DNA from: Nemertoderma westbladi
Taxonomy: Eukaryota > Animalia > Xenacoelomorpha
Assembly: GCA_032718475.1 (NCBI GenBank)
Contig: JAUCBJ010008313.1
Coordinates: forward strand, 193,771 to 257,770
Direction of reading: 5' to 3'
Length of the DNA stretch: 64,000 nucleotides
Below the pieces are notes generated by a model. That model did not search any database and had not been told where the DNA came from. It saw only the letters and a program-made list of their open reading frames with translations. Numbering within the stretch: the first letter of the stretch is position 1; every line of letters begins with the position of its first letter. The translations under genes were made by a program, and so were the position numbers. Shown one piece after another: positions 37,646 through 50,916 of this stretch.

Positions 37646-39884
37646 CTCTATGTGATTTTCATATTTCTCCTCCACTCCCTAAGAAGTTTGCAAAACTTAT
37701 CCTAAATAAGGAGCTGATTGAAGCAGTTATCGATACCTCTATTCAGTCCTTTCGTGTATATCTTCATTTATTTGTGTCATCAAAATCAGTTCTAGTGAAA
37801 GCTACAGACTCAGTGCCCTCACAACCCACTAACACCCAGGTATCTTCCACCCAACCAGTTTCTCCTCAAACCCCTCAATCCTCACCAACTCAGCTAGGGT
37901 CTTTTAACCAGCCTCCTGTTGCACAAACTGGCAAAAATCTATGCCCTTCTTGCCAAAAAATGATTGCAGCCAATCAAAGTGGTAAGTTGCAGAAGCATAA
38001 GAATGTGAAGAGTGCATGATCCTTTATAGAATCTGGTTTTATAATTTCCCACTTAACTAGCCTTACATATCTAAACCTCAAAATCCAGCAATTACATCTA
38101 GAGTGGGGGATACTATATCAATAGCAGAAGATCCAAGCACCACCAAGGTATGTGTGAAATCACCCTCGGCAGACTCAAACGTATATGGTGTTGAACCTGA
38201 TCTTCCTGATTATAATCCATCACATGCCCCTAATTTCTTTTGGGGACCCATTTGTGGCAAAGATCTTGTTATTTCAGTTGATGAACTATACTCTACTGAT
38301 GTACATTGGTGTAAGAACTGCTTCAAGTTGCCTTCAGGTAAAGCAGGGAAAGATTACATTGAGGAAACTAACAGTCTTTTGTCTGGCTGGGAGTCAGGCT
38401 CTCCTTTAGAGGGTGTAGCATTCAAACTTGTTAGGTTAAAGATGTGGGAATGTGGTAAATTCGAGGATTTACTTCGTGACTCTCTAGCAATTCAAAAAAA
38501 GCTTCAACAATCTTATCCTGCTAACAAACCTATGGATACTGCCAGGATTTTGAGTAAACTTGTTTTTGAAGAAGGTAAGATAAGTGCAGCGATTAGATTA
38601 CTTGAGAATTCGGATGGGAGGTTCCTAGATCTCAGTAGCAGCGTTGTTGAAGAACTATATTCGAAACATCCACCAGCTGCCAGATTCTCACTTGATTATA
38701 CACTAAGTTAATTCCTCCCAGCACCTTCTCATCTATTACAGGTGAAATGGATTTCAAAGCTGCTTAGGGATAAGATGTATTTCGGGTCCTTCTGGCCTTG
38801 ATGCAGAATCTTTAAAGAGGATTCTATGCTCAAAAGAGTTTCGCTCAAAGTCCACTGAACTCTGCCAAACTATCGCTAAAGTAGCCCAGCGCCTTGCTAC
38901 AGAGCCCGTTGACCCTAATAGCATTGAAGCCCTTGTAGCCTCTCATCTTATACCTTTAAATAAAAATCCTGGAGTTCGTCCGATAAGTGTTGGGGAAGTC
39001 CTTAAGTGGCTAATAGGTAGAATTATAGTAAGTGTTGTGAAAGGGGATGTAAAACACACTGCTGGGCCTCTACAGACGGCGGGAGGGCATTCAGCTGGAG
39101 TAGAAGCAGCAATACATTCTTTTGTGGAAGAGTTTAGAGAATGAGGGTATTTTAATGATTGATGCATCGAATGCCTTTAACATGTTGAACAGATCAGTAG
39201 CCCTCCTCCATATCATCAGAATTCTTTGCCCTGCTATATCCCTATATGTCATTAACACTTATCGTAGGAAAATACTGTGTTGTTATTGAGCTTGGGTCCA
39301 ACGAAGGAAATACCCAAGGTGACCCTTTAGCATTCCCCTGGTATAGCATATCCATTAATCCACTTCTCTACCACTATCACACTTGAATAAAGTCCATCTG
39401 GTTTGCTGATGACTCCAATGGCATAGGTATTAGGTAATATTCTAGATATCAAGAAATACTTTCCTGGTTGGTGACATCTATACTGTTGTTAGTTTTAACG
39501 TTTGAAGAATTCCAGACTGTCTAACTGTCAGTCTAGTCTGTCTGTTTATCAGACAATCTGTCCATCGGTCAGTCGAAATTTAGGAAAGGACACTACCCCA
39601 CTAACACATTAGTTAAAGAGGTTTTCCATTTCCGTTTCCAATGTGTATTTCATTCATTACTTTTCGACTGACAGACAGGCCAACAGACACAAAGACAGAC
39701 AGGCAGACAGATATGCATGCAGGCAGGCATGTAGAATGACAGGCAATCTAGAATACATGAAACATTAAAACTGACATTATAAATATGATCACTAAACAGG
39801 AAAAGTCCTATAGCGAAATTTGTACATTGCATGTGTATCTTAAATTTTGTCAGACTGACCAACTGACAGACAAGCAGACAGCTA

Positions 39885-41500
39885 TACTACTACTAGTATC
39901 GGCATGCTGCATTGCAGCTGCATTTTTAAGAATGCTGTTCCGGCTTGTCGACAAAATTGCGCCGCCACAACTCCCTATCACCCATGACATTTGCTAGATC
40001 ATCCGCATCTTCAGGGCCAGTGTCCTTTAAGATGCGTCTCAAGAAAGTCATGGGCTGTCCACCATGCTTATTCACTCCATGAGGCTGCCAAAGTACAAGA
40101 TTATGCACTGGCTGGTCCTCATGGTGAAAGCAATGTCCTGCAAAGCGGAGGCGATTTTGTTCTAGTGTCAAGCTTGGGGGAACCAATGAGACACCTCCAA
40201 TGTTATATAGTGTCTGGTTGGAGATGTGTGCATTGTACTTGACACAATGAACCCGGCGTAGCATTCTTGTGAATGTGCCATCCAGAGATTTGGTGTCCTC
40301 AGCAGTTAGAGCCCAGCATGGACTCCCTTAGAGGAGTACTGGTACTACTGCTGCTCTAAATAATCAGACATTAAGTTTCCGATTAATTATCGGTGACTTC
40401 CAAATCCTGGAAAGCCTATTCAAGGCTGCCCATGCCTTTCCCTTACGTATTCGAAGGTCCTCACCTGACTTCCGGATCCATGATCCCAGGTAACAGAAGT
40501 CGTCCACATGCTCAAGCATACCATCCTTTGAGCTTATGCTCATCCGATCAGAGGCTTGCTGAGAACTTTCAAAGTTAACTGTCAAAATTTTGGTCTTTCT
40601 GGAGTTAATAACACTAGACCAACACTAGAAGCAGCATGTTCTATTGAGCTGAGGAGCCGTTGGGCTCCCTCTAGTGATTCTGAGAGTAGTCCTAAGTCAT
40701 CAGCAAAGTCTAGATCAGTTAGGTACTTGGCAGGATTTCCTCGACTTCTGGAGCCAGTAGGTGGAGTTATCATCACCCCATCATCATTATGATGATCTAA
40801 CGACATGCATAGAACATAGTCAACCACAATTATGAACAAGAATGGTGCAAATGTGTCTCCCTGGAGGACGCCCCATAACACTTCAAATGGTTCTGTGTCA
40901 CCATCAACAGTAGACACAAATGTTGTCGAACCATCGTATACTGATCTGATTGCTGCAATAATTTCATCAGGAATCCCATATAATGAAAGTATGCTGAACA
41001 TACGTGAGCGGGAGACTGAATCAAGGGCCTTGAAGAAGTCAACAAAGATAACAGCCAGATGCCTGTCTTTCTTTTTTGATAACTCTTCAATTATCCTTCT
41101 AAGTGCCAAAATGGGCTCCATGGTCCCACGACCTTTACGGAACCCATTCTGATTTCCACGGAGCAATCTCTCAATGGGATCCCCGATGCGATTTAATAGA
41201 ATTCTATTGTATAGCTTTGCAGCAATCGAGATCAATGAGATTCCCCGAAAAGAACCATAGAGTGTTAAGTTGCCCTTCTTGGGAACTGGCACCATCTTGT
41301 TGTACGGTACATGTCTACTATGATGGGATAGATGAGCTTTAAACACTCAGGTATTTTAAAGACCTCAGGGGGAACACCATCTACTCCACTGGCACGATTG
41401 GTCTTAATGCTCTTTGCAGCAGCCTTCACTTCTGTAAAGGAGATATCGCCAATGGAAATATATGGGAGTACAGACTCAGACACTTTTACTTCTATAAAGT
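39885..41500 (-). mobile_element. 5'-truncated RTE-clade LINE (RT fragments, decayed)
   Basis: ASGVDGVPPEV, PVPKKGNL..RGISL, QNGFRKGRGT, GVLQGDT.APFLFIIVVDYVL, LDFADD, FCYLGS, RLRFAGHC..LVLWQP; (AGT)n-like tail at ~39885-39896. Confidence 0.88.
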
Positions 41501-42214
41501 AAAACAACAGCTATAACTCGAGAACTAAAAGAGATTTTCGCTGTCATTTTCAGTTTTGAAATTGCCATTAAATTAAGATCCAAAATCCGCAAAAAAATTT
41601 TGATTTTTTTTAATTTTGACCACAAACACGTGCCCTTAAAAAATAATACAAACTAACTAACATTCTCAGTATGGGGGTTTTTAGGTCATATAATATTCAA
41701 GGATTTAAGGATAGATCGATTATTATGGTCCTCCTAACAAGGTGACTCGGTCTGGAGAGAAAGAAACTGTAAAGAAGTTAAAAAAGTTACGTTAGAGTAG
41801 ACCCAAATAAAATTACATGTTCGGTCTGTTTAGAGTAGTAGACTCGAAGTAGAAAGGAGAAAGGAGTAGAAAGTTTAACTCTAGCATAAATATTAAATGA
41901 TATGGTTTAAAAAATATGGTGTTATAGCTTTTGCAACTAAAACTCTTTTTGGTATTCACTTTCGGCATTCCCTTGCCTCATTCTTAGTGGATGGAATGCG
42001 TCCAATAAGAGTCTTTTATTTTCTGCATACTATTGAACTCTAGTAAATAAATATGTGAAATACGCTTCTTATTGGAAGTTGCTATATAGACTGCTATTTT
42101 TCAGGGCTCTAAGAATTCTTTGCATTCGATTGCTGGGCAGGTTTTATGCTGCATTGTGACATCTCTTTGTTCAGTATTCTGCTTTGCTAATAGCAGAAGG
42201 ATGTTTGCCAATAA

Positions 42215-42805
42215 CATCATAGATTTATTTATACATTATGTAAAAACAATAACAAATACACCAAACAATGTACCGGTATAAAGGTATTGTCCAACATAAC
42301 ATATAGGATTACCCCTAAAGCTTTGCAGCTTATTTCCAAGGGGGTCCTTTATGTTACTTGGTTACAAATACAATATTACACTACGCTAACCTAAAACCAA
42401 TATAAAACGTAATTACACTATGTACGTGTACAACTTTACCGAGAGCGTGACAATGTCCGACTCAACGATAAAGATGTAATGTACAGAACAATTTATTATA
42501 AAACGTAATTACAGTATAAATTGTAAATAATTAATAAACTAATAACTTACTGTAGGACAATTGTGCCTATTTTTACATTGCACATGGAGGTGAGATTTAA
42601 CTGCAGATTTAAAAGAATGTTGATTATTTAGGTTTTTAATTTCATTAGGCAGAGCGTTCCAATTTTTAATACCGTTAAAAAAGAAAGTATCAGATTCGAA
42701 GGATTTACAATTCGGGAGGTAGAAGTTTGAAGCACTAGCTCTGGTACTGTAAGAGTGTGTATCGCGTACTCTGTTGAATTTTTGTTTTAGGTAATTGGGA
42801 CATTT
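42215..42805 (-). mobile_element. 3' end of a CR1/L2-group (Crack/Daphne-like) LINE
   Basis: Minus strand CPNYLKQKF..HSYSTRAS..FYLP..TFFFNGIKNWNALPNEIK..FKSAVK; 3' UTR with GGACCCC..TGGAAATAAG and AATAAA near 42225. Confidence 0.75.
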
Positions 42806-44018
42806 AGCTTAAAGTTTATGAAATATAGTTAATTACCGCAACATTGTGTCAGTAGCACGCAAGAATGATTTATACCCTAAACAGAGAATTGATTGTACTG
42901 ACTTACTGTTGTACATGTTGATTTATTATATATTTGATGGTCAATTTATATATTTGTTAATGATTTGGAGATTCTGCTACCTCAACACTGCATAACTTCT
43001 AACTTGTTTATATTTATATTTAACGAGGTAAGCTTTTGGGTGGTAAATTAGCAGTCTCGGTTCACCATTCATTGATGTGCATGAGAATACATGTTATCAG
43101 TTAGCCCAAACATGTGTGAGCCTGTCTACTCCTTATTAATGATGAAATTGTCCCAAGTCAGTAAATCAGGTCCCAGGGTGTATTTCAGTTGGGTCCATAA
43201 TACCATATCCCTAAAGGATGTGACAAGCTATAATTATCATTAATAATCTGTTGTAACTTACCTTAGGTCATAGACCAGTCTGTTATCTAGAACACAACAC
43301 CTAAAACGGAACTTTTAATACTATCCCTTAAGTGAACATAATTCTTAGGAATTATACAGCGAGAATCAATCGAATGATACATAACCAGCACAATTCAAGT
43401 AAGCCAATATATTTCAGGATCCCATTTAAAGGTGGGTCATTCGCCGCGTTAGCTGATTTATATCTGATTGTATCTCGTTTGGCAAACTTAAGCAAGATTT
43501 CTGTGATAATAAAATTGTATGGTGAAAATTATCAAAGTCTTCTAAAAGCACCATTGGACGAGGGACTCTGCCAGGTGGGTGATGAAGCCCTAGGTTTCTT
43601 TACACCAGACACCACCCGTTGTTCCTACTAAGGATGATAAATTTATTCTCCATTCTTCATACACTACCTGGTAGTGAAGTTTATTTTCTCAGACCTTTTG
43701 TTGGAGTAGTGACTCGATGGAATGGTTAGCTTGGACGTAGGAGGAGGCATCAGCGTTTTTTAACAAGATATCAAAGATGCCACCCTCTGATTGTTCCAAA
43801 TTCCCTGAGCATTGAGATCGGCCTGGACTCCTTCCGGCTGGCCCTCTCTCTCGAGTTTCTCTCTCGAGTTACTGAAATTACTTAATTAATAATTACTTAA
43901 AATCTGACTTAATTACTACTGCTGTACTGTTTAAACTCTGAAATATTGCTGTATTGTCGGAATTTTGAATTTTGTTATTTTATTACATTGGTATATTGTC
44001 GGTTCCCAGTTTATTGGG

Positions 44019-45026
44019 ATGTCGACCCCGCTCCTTGTAGAAAATGGAGTGTTGTGTTTCTCCTTCCTACGTCTTCAATGAGGGACTCCGTACAATGAAC
44101 TTCTAGAAACCATGCTGTGCTGGACTGGGTTCTCAACGGCTCACTTCGAGGAGGGTCGAGGTCAGCTCCTGGAGCTCATTCCTGACTGTCGAGACATTAG
44201 AAAGAAATTTGGACAGAAACATACTGGAGATGGAAAGCGCCGCCGGTTTATTGGCGACATATTGGATTTTTTTGAATCCGCTGAATTCCATGCCCTGGAT
44301 CCAAAACCTCGTTTCGTTGTGGAAGATTTCTCAGTCCTCCCTCCGGTATCGACTTCGGGTTCAATTATTTCAATGCTAATGAAGCATATGGATACATTGA
44401 AGGCGAAAGTAGCAGTACTCGATTCTGCAACACCTACGCCCCAAGGTCTACTGAATACGTCGGAAATAGGCGATCGCGTTCAGGTTAACGTTCAACAACC
44501 TCCCAGACCCAAACTGGGGGTGAGCTGGGCGTCGGTAGCACACTCCAATGCCCCCGTTGATGAAGATGGGATGACTCTAGTAGGACCTCGTGGTAGGCCT
44601 GCGCGAATAACTCGCTCCAGCAATGACCGGGGCCGGGGCCCGGTCGTCGGGACTGTTAATCGAGCAATGCGGCGTCCTCAGGTTCGTGGTACTGGTAATG
44701 GACTCTCCCTTCGAGGTGTGGCTCCAAAGGCAAAGGTGTTCATATCTCGACTCGAGGTCGATGTGACTGCATTGGTGTTGCTGGATTATATTAAGGAAAC
44801 ATTCAAATTCGACGTTGAGTGCAAAGAGTTCAAGTTCAAATATGAGACAAATTACAAATCTTTTGTGGTTTCCGGAACACGTGATCAAATGGATACCCTG
44901 AAATCGGAATCCTCCACTGATCTGTGGCCAAGCGACTCCGTCGTCCGTGAATGGTTCGACCGATCGCATCAGCAAAGCGACCAGTCTCCCTCCACGCATC
45001 CAGTCGATAATAATAGTCTACAATAA
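44019..45026 (+). pseudogene. LINE ORF1 (RTE-X/CR1-type), frameshift near the start
   Basis: MSTPLLVENGVLCF start; C-terminal VFISRL..V.C..KY..Y.SF.V..WP..VREW RRM-like motif. Confidence 0.75.
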
Positions 45027-45032
45027 CTGATA

Positions 45033-47686
45033 ATGAAAATAGGATCATACAATGCAAACTCTGTACGAACCGGTAGCAGTCGTCTAGTTTTAGATAAACT
45101 CTGTGAATCATGTGACATTGTTTTTATCCAGGAACATTTACTTCCTAAACAGGACATTCCTTACCTGGGAAAGATAAATAATGAATTTGAACATTATGGA
45201 ACATCGCCTGTAGATCTCGCTAATGTTGTCGCTAATGTAAACCCTTGTTGGTCGTCCATACGGCGGATTAGGAGTGATTTGGAAACGTACTTTTACGAGT
45301 GCAATTGAAGTCATAGATTCCTCGGATCCACGATTTCTGGCAATAAAAGTTTCGCAGAAGGGCGGTAATGACATTGTCTTAGTTAATGTATACCTGCCTT
45401 ATGAGTGCAGGGACAACCACGATGAATATTTGGACTGTCTCGGAAAGATTCAGGCCCTTATCGAATCTATCCCTGTAAACCATGTAGGGTTTATTGGCGA
45501 CTTTAATGCTGATCCTCGACGACAATTTTATGTCGACTTACTGGCAACTTGCACGGAAACTGGGTTGAGAATCATCGACGTGGAACGGCTGCCGCCGTCA
45601 ATGTTCACATACGTCAGTGCATCCTACAACACGACATCCTGGCTAGACCACCTCATATGTAGTGGTACAATGGAATCAATTGTTATGAATATCAGCGTAG
45701 ATTATGACGTATCAACGCTTGATCACATGCCGCTAATAATCGATCTCGAAACGGAAGTTGTTTTACCCAATGAGGAGTCCTCTCCGCATGGCCAACAGGC
45801 TCCCGCGTTCAGTAAACCGGCCTGGGATCGGGCTTCAGACCAGGACAAAGTCAATTACCGACAGGCAATGGCATGTCATCTTAAATCGATAAATGTACCT
45901 TGGGAGGCGCTACAGTGCCGTAACCCGCAGTGTTCGGGTCATCGATCAGACCTTGAACAGTTATACGACAATATTACATCGGCACTACATTTGGCCGCCG
46001 ATGAAACGATTCCCCGTTCTGGAGCTCCGGCCATTTCGAAACATGGAATTCCGGGTTGGAATGACGAGGTCAGTGAACTCCACAGGGAGGCTCGCGAACA
46101 ATTTCTTCTATGGCGGGAGGCCAATAGTCCGCGGTCTGGTCAGGTGCATCGATTAATGGTACTCTCTAGATCGCGGTTTAAACTGGCCTTGCGGCGCTGT
46201 AAGAAGCAACAGGATACAATTCGCAATGATAAACTAGCGTCCTCTTTGATGACCGATTCTAGTTACACGTTCTGGAAAAATATAAAACGCGATGTACAGT
46301 ATAAAACCCCATGTGCTGCTAAAGTAGGGGGTGCTTGTGGAGATTATAATATTGCCAACATGTGGAAGGATCATTTTTCTGATATTTTTAACTCAAACCA
46401 CTCCGGTGCTGATATTTCTCATATTTTTAACTTCTTTACGGATCTTGAATTTAATAATGAAATGATTTTTAATGTAAGTGAATTACTCAGTGCAATGACT
46501 AATCTAAAGGAACATAAAGCATGCGGCAAAGATGGTATCTTTGCAGAACACATAATTTTATCGAACCAATATTTACACGGCCTACTATCGCTGCTATTTA
46601 CTGCTTTTAACTTTCATGGTTTTTTACAGTCGTCAATGATAACTACTGTACTTAATCCTATAGTTAAGGACAAGTCAGGCGATGTATCCGATAAAGGAAA
46701 TTATCGTCCCATTTCGCTTTCGTCTATTATTAGCAAATTATATGAGCTAATTATTTTAAGTCGTATTGATCATTATTTATATACAACCGATGCGCAGTTT
46801 GGGTTTAAGAAGAAATTAGGTACAGAGTTATGTAGTTATACTCTAAAAGAAATCATCGATTATTATTTGCTCAACGGTTCTAATGTTTATATAACATTCC
46901 TCGATGCGTCAAAAGCCTTTGATTCGGTAGACCATAATATTCTATTCTTGCGATTATTTGAACGTGGTATACCCATATTTTTATTGCGTGTTCTCGTGTT
47001 TTGGTACACAAACCAATCAATGCACGTTAGATGGTCTGGTACATTGTCTCAAAAATTTATGTGCAGTAACGGGGTGCGGCAAGGTAGCATATTAAGCCCG
47101 AAATTATTTAACATTTTCATCGACCGGTTGAGTATTGACCTCACCAATACTGAGGTAGGATGTTCCTTTGACGGTACTTGTGTCAATCACCTTTACTATG
47201 CTGACGATCTGGTTTTAATTACAACGACTCCTACTTCTTTACAGCTTCTGTTAGACATCTGTATGAAATTTGCTGAAATTTGGGTATGTAATTATGAAAT
47301 TTGAAAATAGTATGAAATTTGGGTGCTCCGATAATGTAAAAATACAACTCTTTTCTAGTTATTGTTCATCTGTTTATTGTAATGCCCTTTGGGCTGACGG
47401 TTACTACACACGTAACGTGTTTAATAAACTTTGTTTAGCACTAAATAAATCGGTTAGGAAGTTATTTGGTTTTAAATTGTATGAGAGTATTACGGACACT
47501 CATCTCAGTGCCAGTTATATGTTAATGTCACTTAGGATTAATTCAATTAATCATAATCATCGCTTTGCCTTACATAGTCTGTTTTCTAGAGTCAGGAATT
47601 CTAATAACTCAATTCTGTCACTTGTACATTCTGTTTGCGTGCCTCAATCAATGCTTTTTAAAACGTATAACCGCCTCCGTCTGTAA
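45033..47686 (+). pseudogene. LINE ORF2: apurinic endonuclease + reverse transcriptase, with frameshift at ~45230 and internal deletion at ~47300
   Basis: SYN..S, IQEH, GRPYGG, NVYLP, GDFNA, WLDH, DH.PL; PGWN, NYRPISL, QFGFK, LDASKAFD, GVRQGSILSP, YADD; LF.SYC...Y..LW C-terminus typical of RTE-X. Confidence 0.9.
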
Positions 47687-49055
47687 TTAGTTATTTATTT
47701 ATTTTTAAACAAATTGACGTATTTTGTTGGATAATATATTTCACGTTTTTATTAACAAGTCTATATGAATTGATGATGATAATATTGTGATTTTATTGAC
47801 TCTATATATTTTTAAGTAAGCAGTATCAGGTACAACAATATCAATTTTTTACTAATGTGCTATAATTATGTAGGCTATGTCATTTATGATGAATATAAAA
47901 CGATTATTATTATTATTATTAAAGCTGAGGTAAAGTTAAAACTGAGGTAAACTGAATGTAAAGGTATATTAAATCGATTGATGCATCTATGAACGAACAA
48001 CATACAGTACATGAATGCATGACTAATAGTTTCACAGCGCCCCCTGAGTAATTAAATATCTTACAGCTGATGAATATTTTATTCCAAATTTATTCAGAAA
48101 TCCTATTGATACAGTGCAATATGTATCAATTCCCGCTCTTATGCAAACAGAACTTTACATGTCAATATCGGCAATCCAGCACAAACCATATCCGGAGGGC
48201 ACCAGTCTATATATGACCCCTCGTTCACCAATTTCTCTGTTTGGTTATTCCCGACTTGTGACTTCTTTAAAAATGTAGGACTTTGATTTTCTAACCTGCC
48301 CCTAACCATAGCAACGACGGTCCGCGCTACCCCATAGCAACAGCAGATGGACAGTTGTTGCGCAGATGACCGATAGTTTTTGTGCAGATGACCAATAGTT
48401 TTTGTGCAGATTACCTAACACCTAACATTGCCAACAATCTGCTCACCAATGACGAGTATCTATGGAATGCACATATTAGGAGTAAAAACTGAAATACACT
48501 GGTGAACTTTAGTTTGTCTATTTGGTGTATCCGCATTGGTGGATCCGCAAAATAATGTTAACCTGTTGCCTTGTTCAAAATAGGGCGAGAGCTGGAGAGT
48601 ATTATTCCATATCATATATTACCATAAATAAACTTATTAATATTTTTAACTACATACTCCTCTATGCTTCCTAAGAATTTCCAAAAATACAAGATTCCTG
48701 CTGCGCACATTGAGATCTCTCTATGGCTTAATTAAAGCTTACAATAAACCGTCTTGTGACCATATATATATATATATAATATATATGAATCAAAGGAGGT
48801 TAACAAAATATTGATTTTAAACCTTAGTATACGGTTTTCATATGTTACGAGTAGAATAATAAACTGTGGCTGTACATGTAAGTACAATGTATTTACCACT
48901 GATGATGTACATAACAGGCGATGTTCTCACATTCATTCATTTATTCAATTCAATTTAATTGAAAATATTCCGTTAATTTAATTATCCTGTACTCTGTACT
49001 CTGTCGCACTCCCTGTACTCGAAATATAGTACTAGGCTGGCAGTTTGAATAAAAC

Positions 49056-49164
49056 ATGGCCGATAAAATCACCCAAGCAGTAGCTTGTCTGCTAGTTGCA
49101 ACTGCCCTATTCCTCGGAGGCGCGAATTCAAAGGATATCACATTTGATACACTGGAGAAAAGAG
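49056..49164 (+). CDS. Probable first coding exon of a host gene encoding a secreted or membrane protein (signal peptide)
   Basis: AAAACATGG start context; MADKITQAVACLLVATALFLGGANS-KDITFDTLEKR; consensus donor AG|GTGAGT at 49165 (phase 1). Confidence 0.55.
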
Positions 49165-49742
49165 GTGAGTATCTCTAATAGCGCAAAAGTACGACTACTC
49201 CTCCGGGGGGAGTCCTCCCATGCAAGTTGCTAAAATTGTATTATTTATCTCGATATGCTACACTGATATTTGAGCCTCTATTATTAGTTAAAACTTCAAT
49301 GAATTGAGGTCAACCAACAATATTACTTGAAACTGCCTCTATTGAATTAGCTTACCTTTAGTCAACCCAGCTAATACTGTTAGACTACTGTATATTGGAA
49401 CATCGCCAAGAGAGTACAATAGGTTGTAACAGAAAGTCTCAATATCAACAGCACTGATCTATTTGAGTCTCTATTATTAATTCAAATCAATGAATGGGGT
49501 ACGTCTATAATATATTGTATAATATAGTTTATTATTGTATAGTATAGTTTGTTTAAGCTAAGAGGCCAATGCCGCATAATTAAAATTAAATACACCGACA
49601 CCGCCAAATTTATTATTGTTTGGATATTCCCATAGGATTCACTGGTGAGAGCTATCAGCTGACGGGGGAATACATTACAAACTACAGTTATTGTTTCTGT
49701 TTTATTACTGTAATACGTGGCAGGTAATAGACTTCTCTGCAG

Positions 49743-49957
49743 TTTGGGCCAATCCATTGATTAGTAGTACTAGGCCCTCTACTAAATTTCCTTCCATATA
49801 TACACGAGATGGTGTTTTTATCAATGCGCCTATGGCGTTTTTCGGTTTATATCTATTTTTCGAGCGCAGAGGGAAGGGAGTAGCCGACATGCCAGGGACC
49901 TTACAATCGGGAATGTTTAAAACCCGGACCGATTCCGGTTTCTACCAAACTATGTAA
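49743..49957 (+). CDS. Possible second exon, phase-compatible with 49056-49164
   Basis: Acceptor ttctctgcag ends at 49742; G+TT gives Val and the frame stays open (VWANPLISSTRPSTKF...FYQTM). No recognisable domain. Confidence 0.3.
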
Positions 49958-50029
49958 ACTGGTAGGAAACTGTAAAACAGCTGTTAACTGACATGGTGCA
50001 GATATGACCTGACCATAGGCTGCTTGTTT

Positions 50030-50630
50030 GGGGGGGGGGGGGGACGCTAACCGGTATGCAGTTATCCAGTCTGCCACTAGGGGGCGAAATGTCTGAAAGT
50101 GAAAACCTTCTCCCATTTCTTTGTTTATAATGTTTTTTTTGCTGGTACTTGGCAGAGTTCTACCACAGCATAATGCCGTGTTTGTTTGGTGAGGGATGAT
50201 GCTCACCAGTCTGCAGTTCCACAGTCTGCGGTTAGGGGGGGGGGGGGGGGGGGGGGATGTTTGAAAGTGAAAATCCTTCTCTTATCTCGTTATTTATAAT
50301 GACTTTTAGCTGATATTATATGAAATATTTATTGTATAGGATACTTGGCAGCTGTTTACTACACTACACCATTAGGCAGCAAATATGGGGTGGACGCTGA
50401 CCAGTCTGCAGTTCTCCAGTCTATAGTTAGGGGGCGAACTCTTAGCCAGTGAAATCCTTCCCCCATTTCGTTGTTTATAATGCTTTTTTGCAAATTTTAG
50501 CTCATTTTAATTCTTTAGAGTTGATTCTTTGCAGCGATCTAAAAGTACCTACTAAACTATAGGTTGTCAAAGTCCTTGGAGGATGTCGGACTGTTTTAAC
50601 CTTCTCCCACATTTTATTGTTTGTAATGCT
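50030..50630. repeat. Degenerate ~150-190 bp tandem repeat with G-runs
   Basis: gtgaaawccttctcccattt..ttgtttataatg variants at ~50099, 50266, 50449 and 50596; ccagtctgcagtt..agggg motifs. Confidence 0.6.
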
Positions 50631-50916
50631 TTGGAAGTGATATTTTGACAGGTAACTACTACAACATAATCTTATACCTTTATGTTATACCTGCCAAGTT
50701 TACCAGCGTTATACTGTTTGTTTGCTCATTCATGTGACATTTTAATTTGAAATGGTGAAGAAGTTGGTCTTTCTAGGTTGAATAATGTTAGAAAGCCAAT
50801 GTTGTGACAGTGATTTAATTCCTGCAGCTGTCACAATTTGCTGTGAATGCAAATAACTGAAAGAAATCTTCTAACTCCAAACTATATTTATTAGATATTC
50901 TCTAATAATATTATTA

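Larger units (their letters stand above)
35660..39430 (+). mobile_element. Degenerate CRE-type non-LTR retrotransposon with N-terminal Ulp1/SENP (peptidase C48)-like domain, interrupted by a solo LTR
   Basis: Ulp1: DIGSLDGQNWVTDNII..FSTRFF..LFFPIHCNNHWTLL..ICYFNSLG (35660-36050). The frame continues across the TSD at 37651 into a TQP-rich linker and CPSC..H motif. CRE RT: FKLPSGKAGK, EGKISAA, KHP, GPSGLDA, LIPLNKNPGVRPI.VGEVL, GVEAAIH, DASNAFN, TQGDPLA, WFADD. Confidence 0.8.
43700..47920 (+). mobile_element. Near full-length RTE-X-like LINE (ORF1 + APE-RT ORF2), decayed; 5' boundary approximate
   Basis: Two ORFs, 3' UTR and (ATT)n tail at 47903-47920. Confidence 0.85.
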
